Shown: positions 50,430-60,041 of the stretch, in pieces
Numbering within the stretch: position 1 is the first letter of the stretch
Layout of the letters: each line of letters starts with the position of its first letter
Origin: an uncultured delta proteobacterium
GTDB taxonomy: Bacteria > Myxococcota_A > Polyangia > Polyangiales > B10-G4
Assembly: GCA_963727445.1 (NCBI GenBank)
Contig: CAVSGI010000010.1
Span: forward strand, 1,024,001 to 1,088,000
Length of the DNA stretch: 64,000 nucleotides
Direction of reading: 5' to 3'
Notes under the pieces: model-generated
Seen by the model: only the letters and a program-made list of their open reading frames with translations
Database searches by the model: none
Told to the model about the DNA's origin: nothing
Translations under genes and position numbers: made by a program

Positions 50430-50798
50430 TCAGGTTCCGCGGCAGGGCCCGCGGCCCTGGCCGCCCGGATCGGCGTTGCCGCCCGAGTCGGAGTCGCTAT
50501 GCCCGCGACGACGGCATACGCCGTAGCCGCCCGGATCGCCCGTGCCATCGGGACCACCCTGGGTGTCGCGGTCGGTGTGGCCGCTACGGGGCTTGTCGGC
50601 CGGGTCGGCGTATTGGCCGGTGTCGTTGTCGGTCACCAGCTCCACCGAGTCGTCGGCCTTGGCGCGCGACTGTGGTCCGAGCACGACCGAGGTCGCTCCG
50701 AGGGCGAGCCCTCCCCCGACGACACCGAGCATCGAACGACGGCTCATGCCCGTCTCCGACACGATGTCTTCCTTCCGCAGGCTCTTCTTTTTGCTCAT
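50430..50798 (-). CDS. Tat-signal small protein with three Asp/Gly-rich repeats (122 aa)
   Basis: GGAGGAG RBS; SRRSML twin-Arg motif; AKA cleavage site; [TS]DxD[TS]...DP repeats. Confidence 0.8.
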   Translation of the reverse strand: MSKKKSLRKEDIVSETGMSRRSMLGVVGGGLALGATSVVLGPQSRAKADDSVELVTDNDTGQYADPADKPRSGHTDRDTQGGPDGTGDPGGYGVCRRRGHSDSDSGGNADPGGQGRGPCRGT

Positions 50799-50920
50799 TG
50801 CTCCTCCACTCGCGTCCGCTCCAAAGAGCGCTCGAACTATGAAAGCCGAAGCAGTGAATGAACACAAGCCTACTGCACACGGCCGTTGACAGACGTGCGG
50901 GGCTGGCGCTGCATTCATTC

Positions 50921-52114
50921 ATGCCCGCCACCTATTCGCTCAGTCGCCTCCTACATCCGATTACACCGGAGACATTCGAGGCCGAATACCGAGAGAAGAA
51001 GCCACTTCTGGTGAAGCGCGGTGAGCCGAATTACTACCGAGAGCTCCTGAACATGGACGTGGTCGACCGGGTGATCACCACCATGCACCCCAAGTACCCG
51101 GACGTGTTCCTGACGAACGCGGCGGCCGAGGAGATCAAGCCCGCGGAGTACACCTACCCCTCCGGCCTCATCGACGTCGCCCGCATCTACGGCCTCTTCT
51201 CCGAAGGGGGCACGATCGTGATGAGCAACCTGGAGCTGATGGTGGACTCCCTCGCGAACCTCTGCCGTTCGCTCGAGCGGGAGATGAGCGCGCGCTTTCA
51301 GGCGAACATCTATCTCACCCCGCACAACGCTCAGGGCTTCCGCCGGCACTACGACGCCCACGATGTCTTCGTGGTGCAGCTCGACGGCAGCAAGCTCTGG
51401 CGTGTCTACGACACCCCGGTGCAGCTCCCGCTTCCAGGCGAGCCCTTCGACCCCCGGGACTTCGACATCGACCCGAACGCCACGCCGACGATGGAGTTCG
51501 AGCTCGAGGCGGGCGACGTCTTCTATCTGCCGCGCGGGATCATGCACGACGCCATGAGCACCCAGAAGGCGAGCCTCCACATCACCGTCGGCACCTTCGG
51601 CCCGAGTTGGGTGCAGCTCCTCCTGGAAGCGGTGGCGAAGGTCGGTGTGAAGCACCCCGAGATGCGGCGCTCCTTGCCGATGGGCTTCGCGAAGCCCGGC
51701 TACGATTGCGCACAGGCGAAGAAGTTCTTCGATGAGCTCATGGCGACGGTCGCCGCAGAGGCGGACTTCGACGCGGCCCTGGACCACTTCGCCGACGACC
51801 TGGTGTCCAGTCGCCACTCGCTGCTCGTGGGGCAGCTCGACCAGGTGCTTCGCCTCCCCGAGCTCTCCCTCGACAGCGAGGTCGGCGCGCGGCCCAACCT
51901 CCTCTACCACCTTCGCACCGACGACGCGTTCGTCTACGTCTCCTGCTACGGCTCGAATCTCCGCATGCCGGTGCACGCCGCCGAGCCCCTCGCGTATGCC
52001 CTCACCACCGAGCGCTTCCGCGTCGGCGACCTCCCAGGCGACCTCGACGACGACGGCAAGCTGGTGTTGATCGAGCGCCTGATCCGCGATGGCTTGGTGC
52101 TGCAGCACGCCTGA
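50921..52114 (+). CDS. JmjC/Cupin_4 2-oxoglutarate-Fe(II) oxygenase (NO66/YcfD-like)
   Basis: ANIYLTP, HYDAHDVFVVQLDGSKLW, GDVFYLPRGIMH; C-terminal winged-helix-like LIERLIRDGLV. Confidence 0.9.
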   Translation: MPATYSLSRLLHPITPETFEAEYREKKPLLVKRGEPNYYRELLNMDVVDRVITTMHPKYPDVFLTNAAAEEIKPAEYTYPSGLIDVARIYGLFSEGGTIVMSNLELMVDSLANLCRSLEREMSARFQANIYLTPHNAQGFRRHYDAHDVFVVQLDGSKLWRVYDTPVQLPLPGEPFDPRDFDIDPNATPTMEFELEAGDVFYLPRGIMHDAMSTQKASLHITVGTFGPSWVQLLLEAVAKVGVKHPEMRRSLPMGFAKPGYDCAQAKKFFDELMATVAAEADFDAALDHFADDLVSSRHSLLVGQLDQVLRLPELSLDSEVGARPNLLYHLRTDDAFVYVSCYGSNLRMPVHAAEPLAYALTTERFRVGDLPGDLDDDGKLVLIERLIRDGLVLQHA

Positions 52115-52181
52115 TCGGCGCGACAGAGGGAAGACGCGGGCGGTCCTTTGACGTAGATCTGGGGCCGAGGAGGAGCTGCCG

Positions 52182-55100
52182 ATGCCGCGCTACGAGCTCG
52201 TCGAAGGGAAGTCGTCCAAGTTCTGGGAAGTCGAGGTCGAGGGGAAGGATCTCCACCTCGCCTGGGGCCGCATCGGAACGAACGGCCAGGAGAAGACGAA
52301 GAGCTTCGCCAGCAGCGCGGCCGCCGAAGCCGAACGCGACAAGCTGATCCAGCAGAAGACGAAGAAGGGATACTCGCTGGTCTCGGGGACAGAGACGAAG
52401 ACGGCAGCCGAGACGGAAACGGAGACGGAGACGGCAGCGGAGACGGAGACGACGGAAACGGCGACGGAAACGGACACGGCGACGGGAACGGAAACGGCGA
52501 CGGAAACGGCCAGGGCAACGGAGACAAGCGCCGTCGCGGGGCCGGAAGAAGAGGGCATCACCTTCTCCCCCGCCTGGCGTCGCCTCGTCCATCCGAGGCG
52601 CGGCCACCCGAGCGCTTCCTTCCTCGGTGCGACGCCGAGCGCGGAGGAGAGTTGGAAGAAGATTCACGCGAGCTGGGTGGGGCGGATGAGCGAGACCTGG
52701 ACGGCGCCCGAGCCGGAGCGACTCACGAAGGCGTTCGCGTTCCTCGCCGCACAGGAGCCTCCCACGCCGGAAGACGCCGCGGTGCAGGGGGTGGTGGGGC
52801 GTCTGCTCGGATTCAAGCGGGCCTACAACGACAAGCCGATCACGGCGCCGCTCGTCGACTTCTGGATGGCCACCAAGGGCCCCGCTTTCGCGACGCACGC
52901 CGCGTTCCGCACTCTCGAGATGCGCTACGGAAGTGGCACCGAGCTCCGCTCTCGCGCCGCGACGCCAGCCTCCAATCACTGGATCGAGTCCGCCCCCACC
53001 GTGTTCCCGCGTCTCCGCGCGCGGCTCGCCTCGGTGGACGACGCGCAGTACGCCGAGGCGCGCGAGGTCGCGGCGGGCTATCGGGCGCTGGGCGACGACG
53101 CGCGTGCCGCCGCCGCTTTCGTCTTTCCCACCGAGAAGGAGTGGGTCGACGCCTCCGTCGCCGAGCTCACGGGGAGCGGGCTCGACTTCGAGCGCAAGCT
53201 CGTGGTCTCCAGCCTGACGCGGGCCGATCAGCTCGAGCCGCTCTTCATCGGGCTGCGGGCCTTCATGATCGTCGGCCGCTGGCGGGGGCCGAATCAGCTC
53301 CCTTCGCTCTGCGAGGGCCTGGGCGAAGAGCTCACCCCCTTCGTCCTGCGCTGGCTCGGTGAGGAGTATCTCGACGCCGACACCACCAAGGAGCTCTACG
53401 AAGCGCTCGCGATCCTCCCGGGACAGACGCCTCTCGACGCCCTCCTCGATCGGCTGAGCGACAAGTACGTCCTGCCCATCGCGATGGAAGCGGTGCTCAA
53501 TCGACCCCGCCGGGCGACGCGCATGCTGAGCGCGCGCATCGCCGCGCGAGGCAAGAACGTCGACGGCGCGAAGCGGCTCCTGACCACGGTGATCGCGAAG
53601 ATGCCCGAGGTCGTCGACGCCGTACGCGGCGAGCTCCCGGAAGGACAACAGGCGGCCATCGCCGAGATCGAAGCCTCGCGCGTGCAGAAGCCGCCCGCCG
53701 ACGTCGACTCACTGCCCGAGATCCTCGTCGCGCCGCCGTGGAGCAAGAAGACGAAGCGACCGAAGCTTCCGGTGATCAAGGACGTCACCCCGCTTCGAGT
53801 TCCGTCGAAGATGAGCTGGGCGCCGGGCGAAAAGGAAAAGTGGCAGGCCTCGCATCGGGCCCCGGGTTACGCGACCAACGCCAGCGCTCAGGATTGGGAG
53901 ACCCATCTCTCGAAGCTCCGCGCCGGCACCCTGCCCATGTACTACCAGGAGATGCTCCTGGTCGGCGCCCCCGACGCGGTGGCGGCCGAAGCGGTGACGC
54001 ACTGGGTCCCCAAGGACCCCTGGTACATCGGCAACTTCTTCCGCGCGGCCATCGCGCGTCACGAGCTCGCGCTCTACTCCTCGGTCGCCTACTTCGTCCG
54101 GGAGCACTTGAAGGACGGCCTCGCCTACATCGGCCCGTTCGACATCCCGGAGCTCGCGCCTTACGTCGCCGACGCTTTCATCCGCCTCAAGTCCGCGCGC
54201 AACGACGCCATGACCTGGATGCTGCGCCATCCAGAGGCGACCGCGGTCGGTGTGATCCCCGAGGCGGTGGGCAGGGCCGGCAAGAAGCGCCGGGCAGGCG
54301 AGGCCGCGCTCCGCTTTCTGAAGTCCGAAGGGCACGAGGGGACGGTGCTGAAGATCGCCGCGGACTACGGCGACGAGGTGCGTGGGGCCGTGGAGCAGAT
54401 CCTCGCCATCGACCCCAAGGACGTCCTGCCCAAGAAGCTCCCGACGATGCCGTCGTTCTGGGAGCCGAGCGCCCTGCCCGCGCCGCTCCTCGCGGACCGC
54501 GAGCGCTCGCTCCCACCGTCGGCGATCGAGCACGTCGGGATCATGCTCGCCATGTCGAAGCCGGGCGAGGAGTACCCGGGGCTCGACGACGTGCTCGCGG
54601 TCTGCGATCGCGAATCGCTCGCGCGCTTCGCCTGGGCGGTCTTCGAAGCGTGGCAGGCCGCGGGCCATCCCGCGAAGGAAGGCTGGGCCTTCACCGCGCT
54701 CGCGATCTTCGGAGACGACGAGGTCGCGCGGCGCCTCACACCGCTGATTCGCCGGTGGCCCGGGGACGGCGGCCATGCGCGCGCGGTGACCGGTCTCGAC
54801 GTGCTGACCGCGATCGGCAGCGACGTCGCCCTGATGCACCTGCACGGCATCGCGCAGAAGGTGAAGTTCAAGGGCCTTCAGAAGAACGCGAAGGAGAAGA
54901 TCGCGATCATCGCCCAGGAGCGCAACCTGACGCCGGAGGAGCTCGCGGATCGCCTGGTGCCCGACCTCGGCCTCGAGGACGACGGATCGATGGTCCTCGA
55001 CTACGGCCCGCGCCAGTTCACGGTCGGTTTCGACGAGCACCTCAAGCCCTTCGTCCTCGCCGACGGCAAACCGCGCAAGAGCCTGCCCAAGCCTGGTGCC

Positions 55101-55880
55101 AAGGATGACCCGGAGAAGGCCCCCGCCGCCTACAAACGGTTCAGCGCGCTGAAGAAGGACGCGAAGACGGCGGCGAAGTCACAGATACTTCGTCTCGAGC
55201 TGGCCATGGTCGGCCAGCGGCGCTGGAGCGGCGCACAGCTTCGTCGCTTCTTCCTCGAGCACCCTCTGATGATCCACCTGAGCCGGCGCCTCTTGTGGGC
55301 GCGCTACGACGAGGCGGGCGCCGTGACCGAGACCTTCCGCGTCGCGGAGGACGGCTCCCTCGCCAGCGCCGAGGACGAGGAGATCAGCCTCGCCGACGAC
55401 GCACGGGTCGGCATCGTTCACTCCCTCGATCTCGGGGAGAGCGACGCCGGGAAATGGGGCGAGGTCTTCGGCGACTACGAGATCCTGCAGCCCTTCACCC
55501 AGCTCGGTCGCGAGACCTACGCCATCGAGGAGAGCGAGAAGAAGGAGCTCGCGCTCGCGCGCTTCCGCGGAAAGAAGGTCCCCACCCGCGCGGTGATCGG
55601 CCTCGAAGCGAGAGGTTGGCGGCGCGGGCCTCCGATGGACGGCGGCATCGTGGGCTGGATGCAGAAGCAGCTCCCGAACGGGGCCTGCGCCTGCTTGAAC
55701 CTCGACCCCGGCCTCTTCACCGGCTACCTCGACGAGGAGCCCGAGCAGACCCTCGACGACCTGACCGTCACGCGCTCCGCCCAGTCCTGGGACTCGCGCG
55801 GACAGACGCCGATGGGTGAGCTGTCGCCGGTGATCTTCTCCGAGCTTGTGCGGGACGTCACCCAGCTCAGCGAAGCTTGA
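52182..55880 (+). CDS. WGR-domain / DUF4132 protein (MolR-like)
   Basis: SSKFWEV...WGRIGTNGQ...KKGY; EELADRLVPDLGL; QPFTQLGRE. Confidence 0.9.
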   Translation: MPRYELVEGKSSKFWEVEVEGKDLHLAWGRIGTNGQEKTKSFASSAAAEAERDKLIQQKTKKGYSLVSGTETKTAAETETETETAAETETTETATETDTATGTETATETARATETSAVAGPEEEGITFSPAWRRLVHPRRGHPSASFLGATPSAEESWKKIHASWVGRMSETWTAPEPERLTKAFAFLAAQEPPTPEDAAVQGVVGRLLGFKRAYNDKPITAPLVDFWMATKGPAFATHAAFRTLEMRYGSGTELRSRAATPASNHWIESAPTVFPRLRARLASVDDAQYAEAREVAAGYRALGDDARAAAAFVFPTEKEWVDASVAELTGSGLDFERKLVVSSLTRADQLEPLFIGLRAFMIVGRWRGPNQLPSLCEGLGEELTPFVLRWLGEEYLDADTTKELYEALAILPGQTPLDALLDRLSDKYVLPIAMEAVLNRPRRATRMLSARIAARGKNVDGAKRLLTTVIAKMPEVVDAVRGELPEGQQAAIAEIEASRVQKPPADVDSLPEILVAPPWSKKTKRPKLPVIKDVTPLRVPSKMSWAPGEKEKWQASHRAPGYATNASAQDWETHLSKLRAGTLPMYYQEMLLVGAPDAVAAEAVTHWVPKDPWYIGNFFRAAIARHELALYSSVAYFVREHLKDGLAYIGPFDIPELAPYVADAFIRLKSARNDAMTWMLRHPEATAVGVIPEAVGRAGKKRRAGEAALRFLKSEGHEGTVLKIAADYGDEVRGAVEQILAIDPKDVLPKKLPTMPSFWEPSALPAPLLADRERSLPPSAIEHVGIMLAMSKPGEEYPGLDDVLAVCDRESLARFAWAVFEAWQAAGHPAKEGWAFTALAIFGDDEVARRLTPLIRRWPGDGGHARAVTGLDVLTAIGSDVALMHLHGIAQKVKFKGLQKNAKEKIAIIAQERNLTPEELADRLVPDLGLEDDGSMVLDYGPRQFTVGFDEHLKPFVLADGKPRKSLPKPGAKDDPEKAPAAYKRFSALKKDAKTAAKSQILRLELAMVGQRRWSGAQLRRFFLEHPLMIHLSRRLLWARYDEAGAVTETFRVAEDGSLASAEDEEISLADDARVGIVHSLDLGESDAGKWGEVFGDYEILQPFTQLGRETYAIEESEKKELALARFRGKKVPTRAVIGLEARGWRRGPPMDGGIVGWMQKQLPNGACACLNLDPGLFTGYLDEEPEQTLDDLTVTRSAQSWDSRGQTPMGELSPVIFSELVRDVTQLSEA

Positions 55881-56883
55881 GGGCGGCGGCGAGCGCGTCC
55901 GGGCCCATGTTCGGCGCGCCCTGGCCCGCCGACTCGGCCTCGCGGATCCGTTCGACGATCCGCGCGTTCAGCGGCGCGCGCACGCCGCTCGCTTCGGCGA
56001 GGCGCACGATCGCCCCGTTGAGATAGTCCACCTCGGTCTTTCGGCCGCGCGTGAGGTCCTCCCACATGGAGGAGCGCGCCTCGGGATCCACCTTCATCTG
56101 GGCCGACAGGACCAGTCGCGCGATGGCGTCCGGCAACCGGAGAACGCGAGGCATCAAATAGACCGGCACACCCCTCAGCGGCGCGGGACGAATGCCCGCA
56201 GCGCGCAGGACGCAGAGGCCTTCGGCGATCACGTCCGCGACGATGCGGCGATACGCGCGCTTCGCGAGGAGCTCGCGGGTGGGCGCGCCAGAGAGCGCGC
56301 TGATCGAGTTGTTCAGGTTCACCAGGAGCTTCGTCCATTGATGAGGCACCAGGTCGTCGTGAACCTCCACGACCAGATCCCCCTTCTCGAGCGCCTTCAC
56401 CAGCGGCGCGAAAGATTCGTGCGCGTTCTTCTCGAGCGCGATCGCTCCATCCATACCGCGATGAAAGACGCCGCTGCCACGCGCGACGACGTTGAAGCCG
56501 ACGATGCCGGCCACCACCCGTTGTCGACCGAGCGCCTCACCGAGGAAGCGCGCGTTGTCGACGCCGTTCTGTAGGCTCACCACGAGCGTCGCCTCCGGCA
56601 GGAGCGCGGCGAGCTCGCGCGCGATCGCCTCCGTTTGTGCGCTCTTCACACAGACCAGCACCACCGCCGCGCGTCGCGCCTCTGCCGCGCTCTCGACGTA
56701 CCGCACCATGTCCGCTGGGATGACGGCGGGGGCCTGATCGAGGCCTTCGGCGCGAAGGCCGTGCGCCCGGATCTCCTCCCCGAAACGTGGCCGGCCGACC
56801 AGCGTCACCTCGGTGCCCCCATACATGAGGCGGCCACCCACGTAGCAACCGATCGAACCTGCTCCAAAAATGGCGACGTGCAC
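55867..56883 (-). CDS. panE: 2-dehydropantoate 2-reductase family
   Basis: GAGSIG, VKS, SLQNG, KLLVN, SSMWED...TEVDYLNG. Confidence 0.9.
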   Translation of the reverse strand: MHVAIFGAGSIGCYVGGRLMYGGTEVTLVGRPRFGEEIRAHGLRAEGLDQAPAVIPADMVRYVESAAEARRAAVVLVCVKSAQTEAIARELAALLPEATLVVSLQNGVDNARFLGEALGRQRVVAGIVGFNVVARGSGVFHRGMDGAIALEKNAHESFAPLVKALEKGDLVVEVHDDLVPHQWTKLLVNLNNSISALSGAPTRELLAKRAYRRIVADVIAEGLCVLRAAGIRPAPLRGVPVYLMPRVLRLPDAIARLVLSAQMKVDPEARSSMWEDLTRGRKTEVDYLNGAIVRLAEASGVRAPLNARIVERIREAESAGQGAPNMGPDALAAALKLR

Positions 56884-56990
56884 GAGTGCTCTCTTGGGCG
56901 TCGGGTGGGAGTATTGGGCGCCCGAGCCTCGAATTCATGAAAAAATCACGAAACCCCGAACGCTCGGCCCGCGATCGGGCACAGAGGGAT

Positions 56991-57584
56991 GTGACCGAGC
57001 CCGCACCATCGAACGTCGTGCCCTTTCGAGGGCGCCTCGAAGTGAACGAGGCGCTGCTCTCCGCCATCGCCCAGCGCGACCCCGAGGCGGTCGCGCGGGT
57101 CTACCGAGCGCACCACGCACGAGTGCGCGCCTTCGCCCGCCGGATGCTCGGTGACGAAGCGCTGTCGGAGGACGTGGTGCACGACGTCTTCGTCGCGCTC
57201 CCCGAGGCGATCCATCGCTTTCGTGGCGACGCGTCCCTGGGCACGCTCCTCATGTCGATCGCGGTCAATCTCTGCCGCCGCCACATCCGATCCAGCGAGC
57301 GCGGACGGCGCGCCGCGCAACGGATGCACGCGCGGAACGTCGTCGCGATGGTGGAGACGCCGGAAGCCGAAGCCCGGCGACGGCGCCTCGCGGCGGCGCT
57401 CACCCGGGGTCTCGAGACGCTCTGCATCGAACATCGCGAGGTCTTCATCCTCGCCGCGGTGGAAGAACGCACGAGCACCGAGGTCGCCGACATCCTCGAC
57501 GTGGCGCCTGGAACCGTGCGACGGCGCCTTCATCACGCGCGCGCCGAGCTGCGCAGCTTCTTCGAAGCCGAGGGGATCGAGTGA
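56991..57584 (+). CDS. ECF RNA polymerase sigma factor
   Basis: EDVVHDVF...FRG...IAVN (region 2); REVFIL...EVADIL...GTVRRRLHHAR (region 4). Confidence 0.9.
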   Translation: MTEPAPSNVVPFRGRLEVNEALLSAIAQRDPEAVARVYRAHHARVRAFARRMLGDEALSEDVVHDVFVALPEAIHRFRGDASLGTLLMSIAVNLCRRHIRSSERGRRAAQRMHARNVVAMVETPEAEARRRRLAAALTRGLETLCIEHREVFILAAVEERTSTEVADILDVAPGTVRRRLHHARAELRSFFEAEGIE

Positions 57585-58558
57585 GCGACGACCTGCTCGA
57601 CGAGGCGACCCGTGCGCTGCGCGAGGAGATGGTCCCCGAGCCGGAGGGCGAGGAGACGCTCGCGGAGGTGCTCGACCATCTCGCCGAAGGGCGAGGCGCG
57701 ATCGTCGACGAGGCCGCGCGCGCACTTCGCGAACAGGACGACTCCGTGCGCACGAGCGACGCGAAAGCGGAACGGACGCTGAAGCGGATCCTGAGCTCTC
57801 TCGACGGTGATCGACCGCGCGAAGCGCCGGCGCCGCGCCGCCCGCCGCGATGGACAGCGCATGCCACGCGGTGGATGGCCGCGGCACTCGTGCTCCTGGC
57901 CATCGGCACCGGAGCACCGACGATCTGGGCATGGTGGAACGGGCGCCCACCCGCGTGGGCGGTGGCGATCGGGCTCGGGCGCCCGGCGGAGGAGGCGACC
58001 ACCCACGCGGCGCCGACGCGGAACCGCCCCGCGCCCCCGCCGGCGCACGAAGACACGCCCGTTCTTCAGCCGGCGCCTCTGCCCCTCCCTCAGCCGACGC
58101 CTTCGCCCGCCCCGGCGGTGGAGACACCCACGCCGACGAACGAGGGCGACCGCCGTCGCGCGGCCGTCCCGAGCACCTCGGACCGCGACGCGGTCGAAGG
58201 CGAAGTGACGGCCGTCGCGGCGACCAGCTCCGAAGGGGTCGCGGCGGCCGACGAGAGCGAAGCGCCCGACGACGCGGAGAGTCGTCGTTTCGAGAGCGCT
58301 CATCACACGCACTTCGGCGGCGGCAGCCCCGCGAACGCCCTCGCTGCCTGGGACGCCTACCTCGCGGAATACCCCCACGGGCGCTACGAGCCGGAGGCCC
58401 GATACAACCGCGGCCTCGCCCTCGTGCGGCTGGGCCGTCTCACCGAGGCGCGCGACGCCATCGCGCCCTTCGCCGAGGGACGTTACGGCGCCTACCGTCG
58501 CACCGAAGCCCGCGCGCTGGTCGACGCCCTCGAGACGAGGATTGGGGAGCAGCCGTGA
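57581..58558 (+). CDS. Putative anti-sigma factor (TM, Pro-rich linker, C-terminal TPR)
   Basis: GTGA overlap with sigma gene; YLAEYPHGRYEPEARYNR. Confidence 0.75.
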   Translation: MSDDLLDEATRALREEMVPEPEGEETLAEVLDHLAEGRGAIVDEAARALREQDDSVRTSDAKAERTLKRILSSLDGDRPREAPAPRRPPRWTAHATRWMAAALVLLAIGTGAPTIWAWWNGRPPAWAVAIGLGRPAEEATTHAAPTRNRPAPPPAHEDTPVLQPAPLPLPQPTPSPAPAVETPTPTNEGDRRRAAVPSTSDRDAVEGEVTAVAATSSEGVAAADESEAPDDAESRRFESAHHTHFGGGSPANALAAWDAYLAEYPHGRYEPEARYNRGLALVRLGRLTEARDAIAPFAEGRYGAYRRTEARALVDALETRIGEQP

Positions 58559-59964
58559 GACACGCGCCTGCGCTCCTGGCCGCGGCCCTCGCGCTGGTCG
58601 CGACCACACCTGCCGCCGCGCAAGACGGGGAGGCGCCGCTGCTGGTGCTCGTGCGCGACGCGTCATCGCTCGATCCCGAAGCGCTCGCCCAGGGGCTCGA
58701 GGCAGACCTCGGGCGGCCGGTCGTGCTCGCCAGTCCGGAGGCCGAAGAGGGCGCGGCAGTGATCATCGACAGCACCAAGGACGGCGTGATCCATCTGGAG
58801 GTTCGCCGCGCTGGTCTCGAGGCCCTCGAACGCGACACGCCGATCACCGACCGCGCCCAGACCACCCTCAGCGTGAGCCTCCTTGTCGCGAATCTGGTTC
58901 GGGACGAATCGGTCGAGGTGCTGGCGATGATCCAGGCGGACGGCTCCCGGGCGACCGCCGGGGTGGAGGAGCCGGCGCCCGAAGCTGTGGAGGAGCCGGC
59001 GCCCGCGGAGCCGAATGAGCCGGCGCCCGCGGAGCCACCGGCACCGACACGCATCGCGGCTGGCGTGGATCTCTTTCCGCTCGTCGGCGTCTCGAGCGCC
59101 TACCTCGGCACCGAACGTCGCCACCTCTCCCTGGGCGCCGTGGGCGCGCTCAGCGGCGGGGTCGACGGGCTCGCGCTCTCGGGCGTCGTCGATCTCTCGC
59201 TCGGCAGCGTGCACGGCATCCAGCTCGCTGGCGTCCACGCCCAGAGCGGCGACCTCGAGGGCCTGCAGATCGGCGGCGTGAGCGCGATCGCCCTCGGCGC
59301 CGCCCAGGGCGTTCAACTCGGCGGCATCGCGGCCATCGCTACCGGCCCGATGGAAGGCCTTCAGCTCGCGCCGGTGAACGTGACCGCGGCGGAGGTCGTC
59401 GGTGCCCAGATCGGCCTCTTCAACATCGGTGGTCGGGTGCACGGCCTGCAGCTCGGGCTCTTCAACGTCGCCGAGGAAGCCGACGCGTCCGTCGGCCTGT
59501 TCAGCGTGCAGCGGCGCGGCAGCAATCATCTGCGCGCCGAGATCGACAGCAACGGTTTCTTCTCCGTCGCCTTCGTCAATCGCGGCGCCGTCACCTATGC
59601 GATCGTGAGCGCAGGGATCGAGCCCTTCATCGAAAAGCCCACCGGCTCCTTCGGCGTCGGCTTCGGCGCCCGCGCGACCCTCACGGACGCGCTCTATCTC
59701 GACTTCGAGGCCCTCGCCCACATTCTCTTCGATCGGGAGCTGGCCCAGGAGGGTCCGAGCTCGCTCTACGACGCGCGGATCCTCTTCGGTGCACGAATCA
59801 CACCGCAGCTCCTGGCGTACCTCGGCATCGGGATCCGAACGCACCTCGAGGTCGGAACGCGGTCGGGGCTCGGCGCGCCGATCATGATTCACGACGAGCC
59901 GACGGCGGGGAGCCCGCGCGCTCGGGTGTGGCCGACGATCACGGGGGGCGTCGAGCTCTTCTGA
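58555..59964 (+). CDS. Secreted protein with LA_2272-like GxQ repeats and C-terminal beta-barrel-like region
   Basis: Signal peptide; GIQLAG, GLQIGG, GAQIGLFN, GLQLGLFN repeats; C-terminal Phe. Confidence 0.75.
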   Translation: MRHAPALLAAALALVATTPAAAQDGEAPLLVLVRDASSLDPEALAQGLEADLGRPVVLASPEAEEGAAVIIDSTKDGVIHLEVRRAGLEALERDTPITDRAQTTLSVSLLVANLVRDESVEVLAMIQADGSRATAGVEEPAPEAVEEPAPAEPNEPAPAEPPAPTRIAAGVDLFPLVGVSSAYLGTERRHLSLGAVGALSGGVDGLALSGVVDLSLGSVHGIQLAGVHAQSGDLEGLQIGGVSAIALGAAQGVQLGGIAAIATGPMEGLQLAPVNVTAAEVVGAQIGLFNIGGRVHGLQLGLFNVAEEADASVGLFSVQRRGSNHLRAEIDSNGFFSVAFVNRGAVTYAIVSAGIEPFIEKPTGSFGVGFGARATLTDALYLDFEALAHILFDRELAQEGPSSLYDARILFGARITPQLLAYLGIGIRTHLEVGTRSGLGAPIMIHDEPTAGSPRARVWPTITGGVELF

Positions 59965-60041
59965 CCACGGCGTCGACGAATGCTCCGCGCCGGGCGACCG
60001 GCGCGACGAATGGCCGCCTGTGCGCGGCGAAAGGATAGGAC

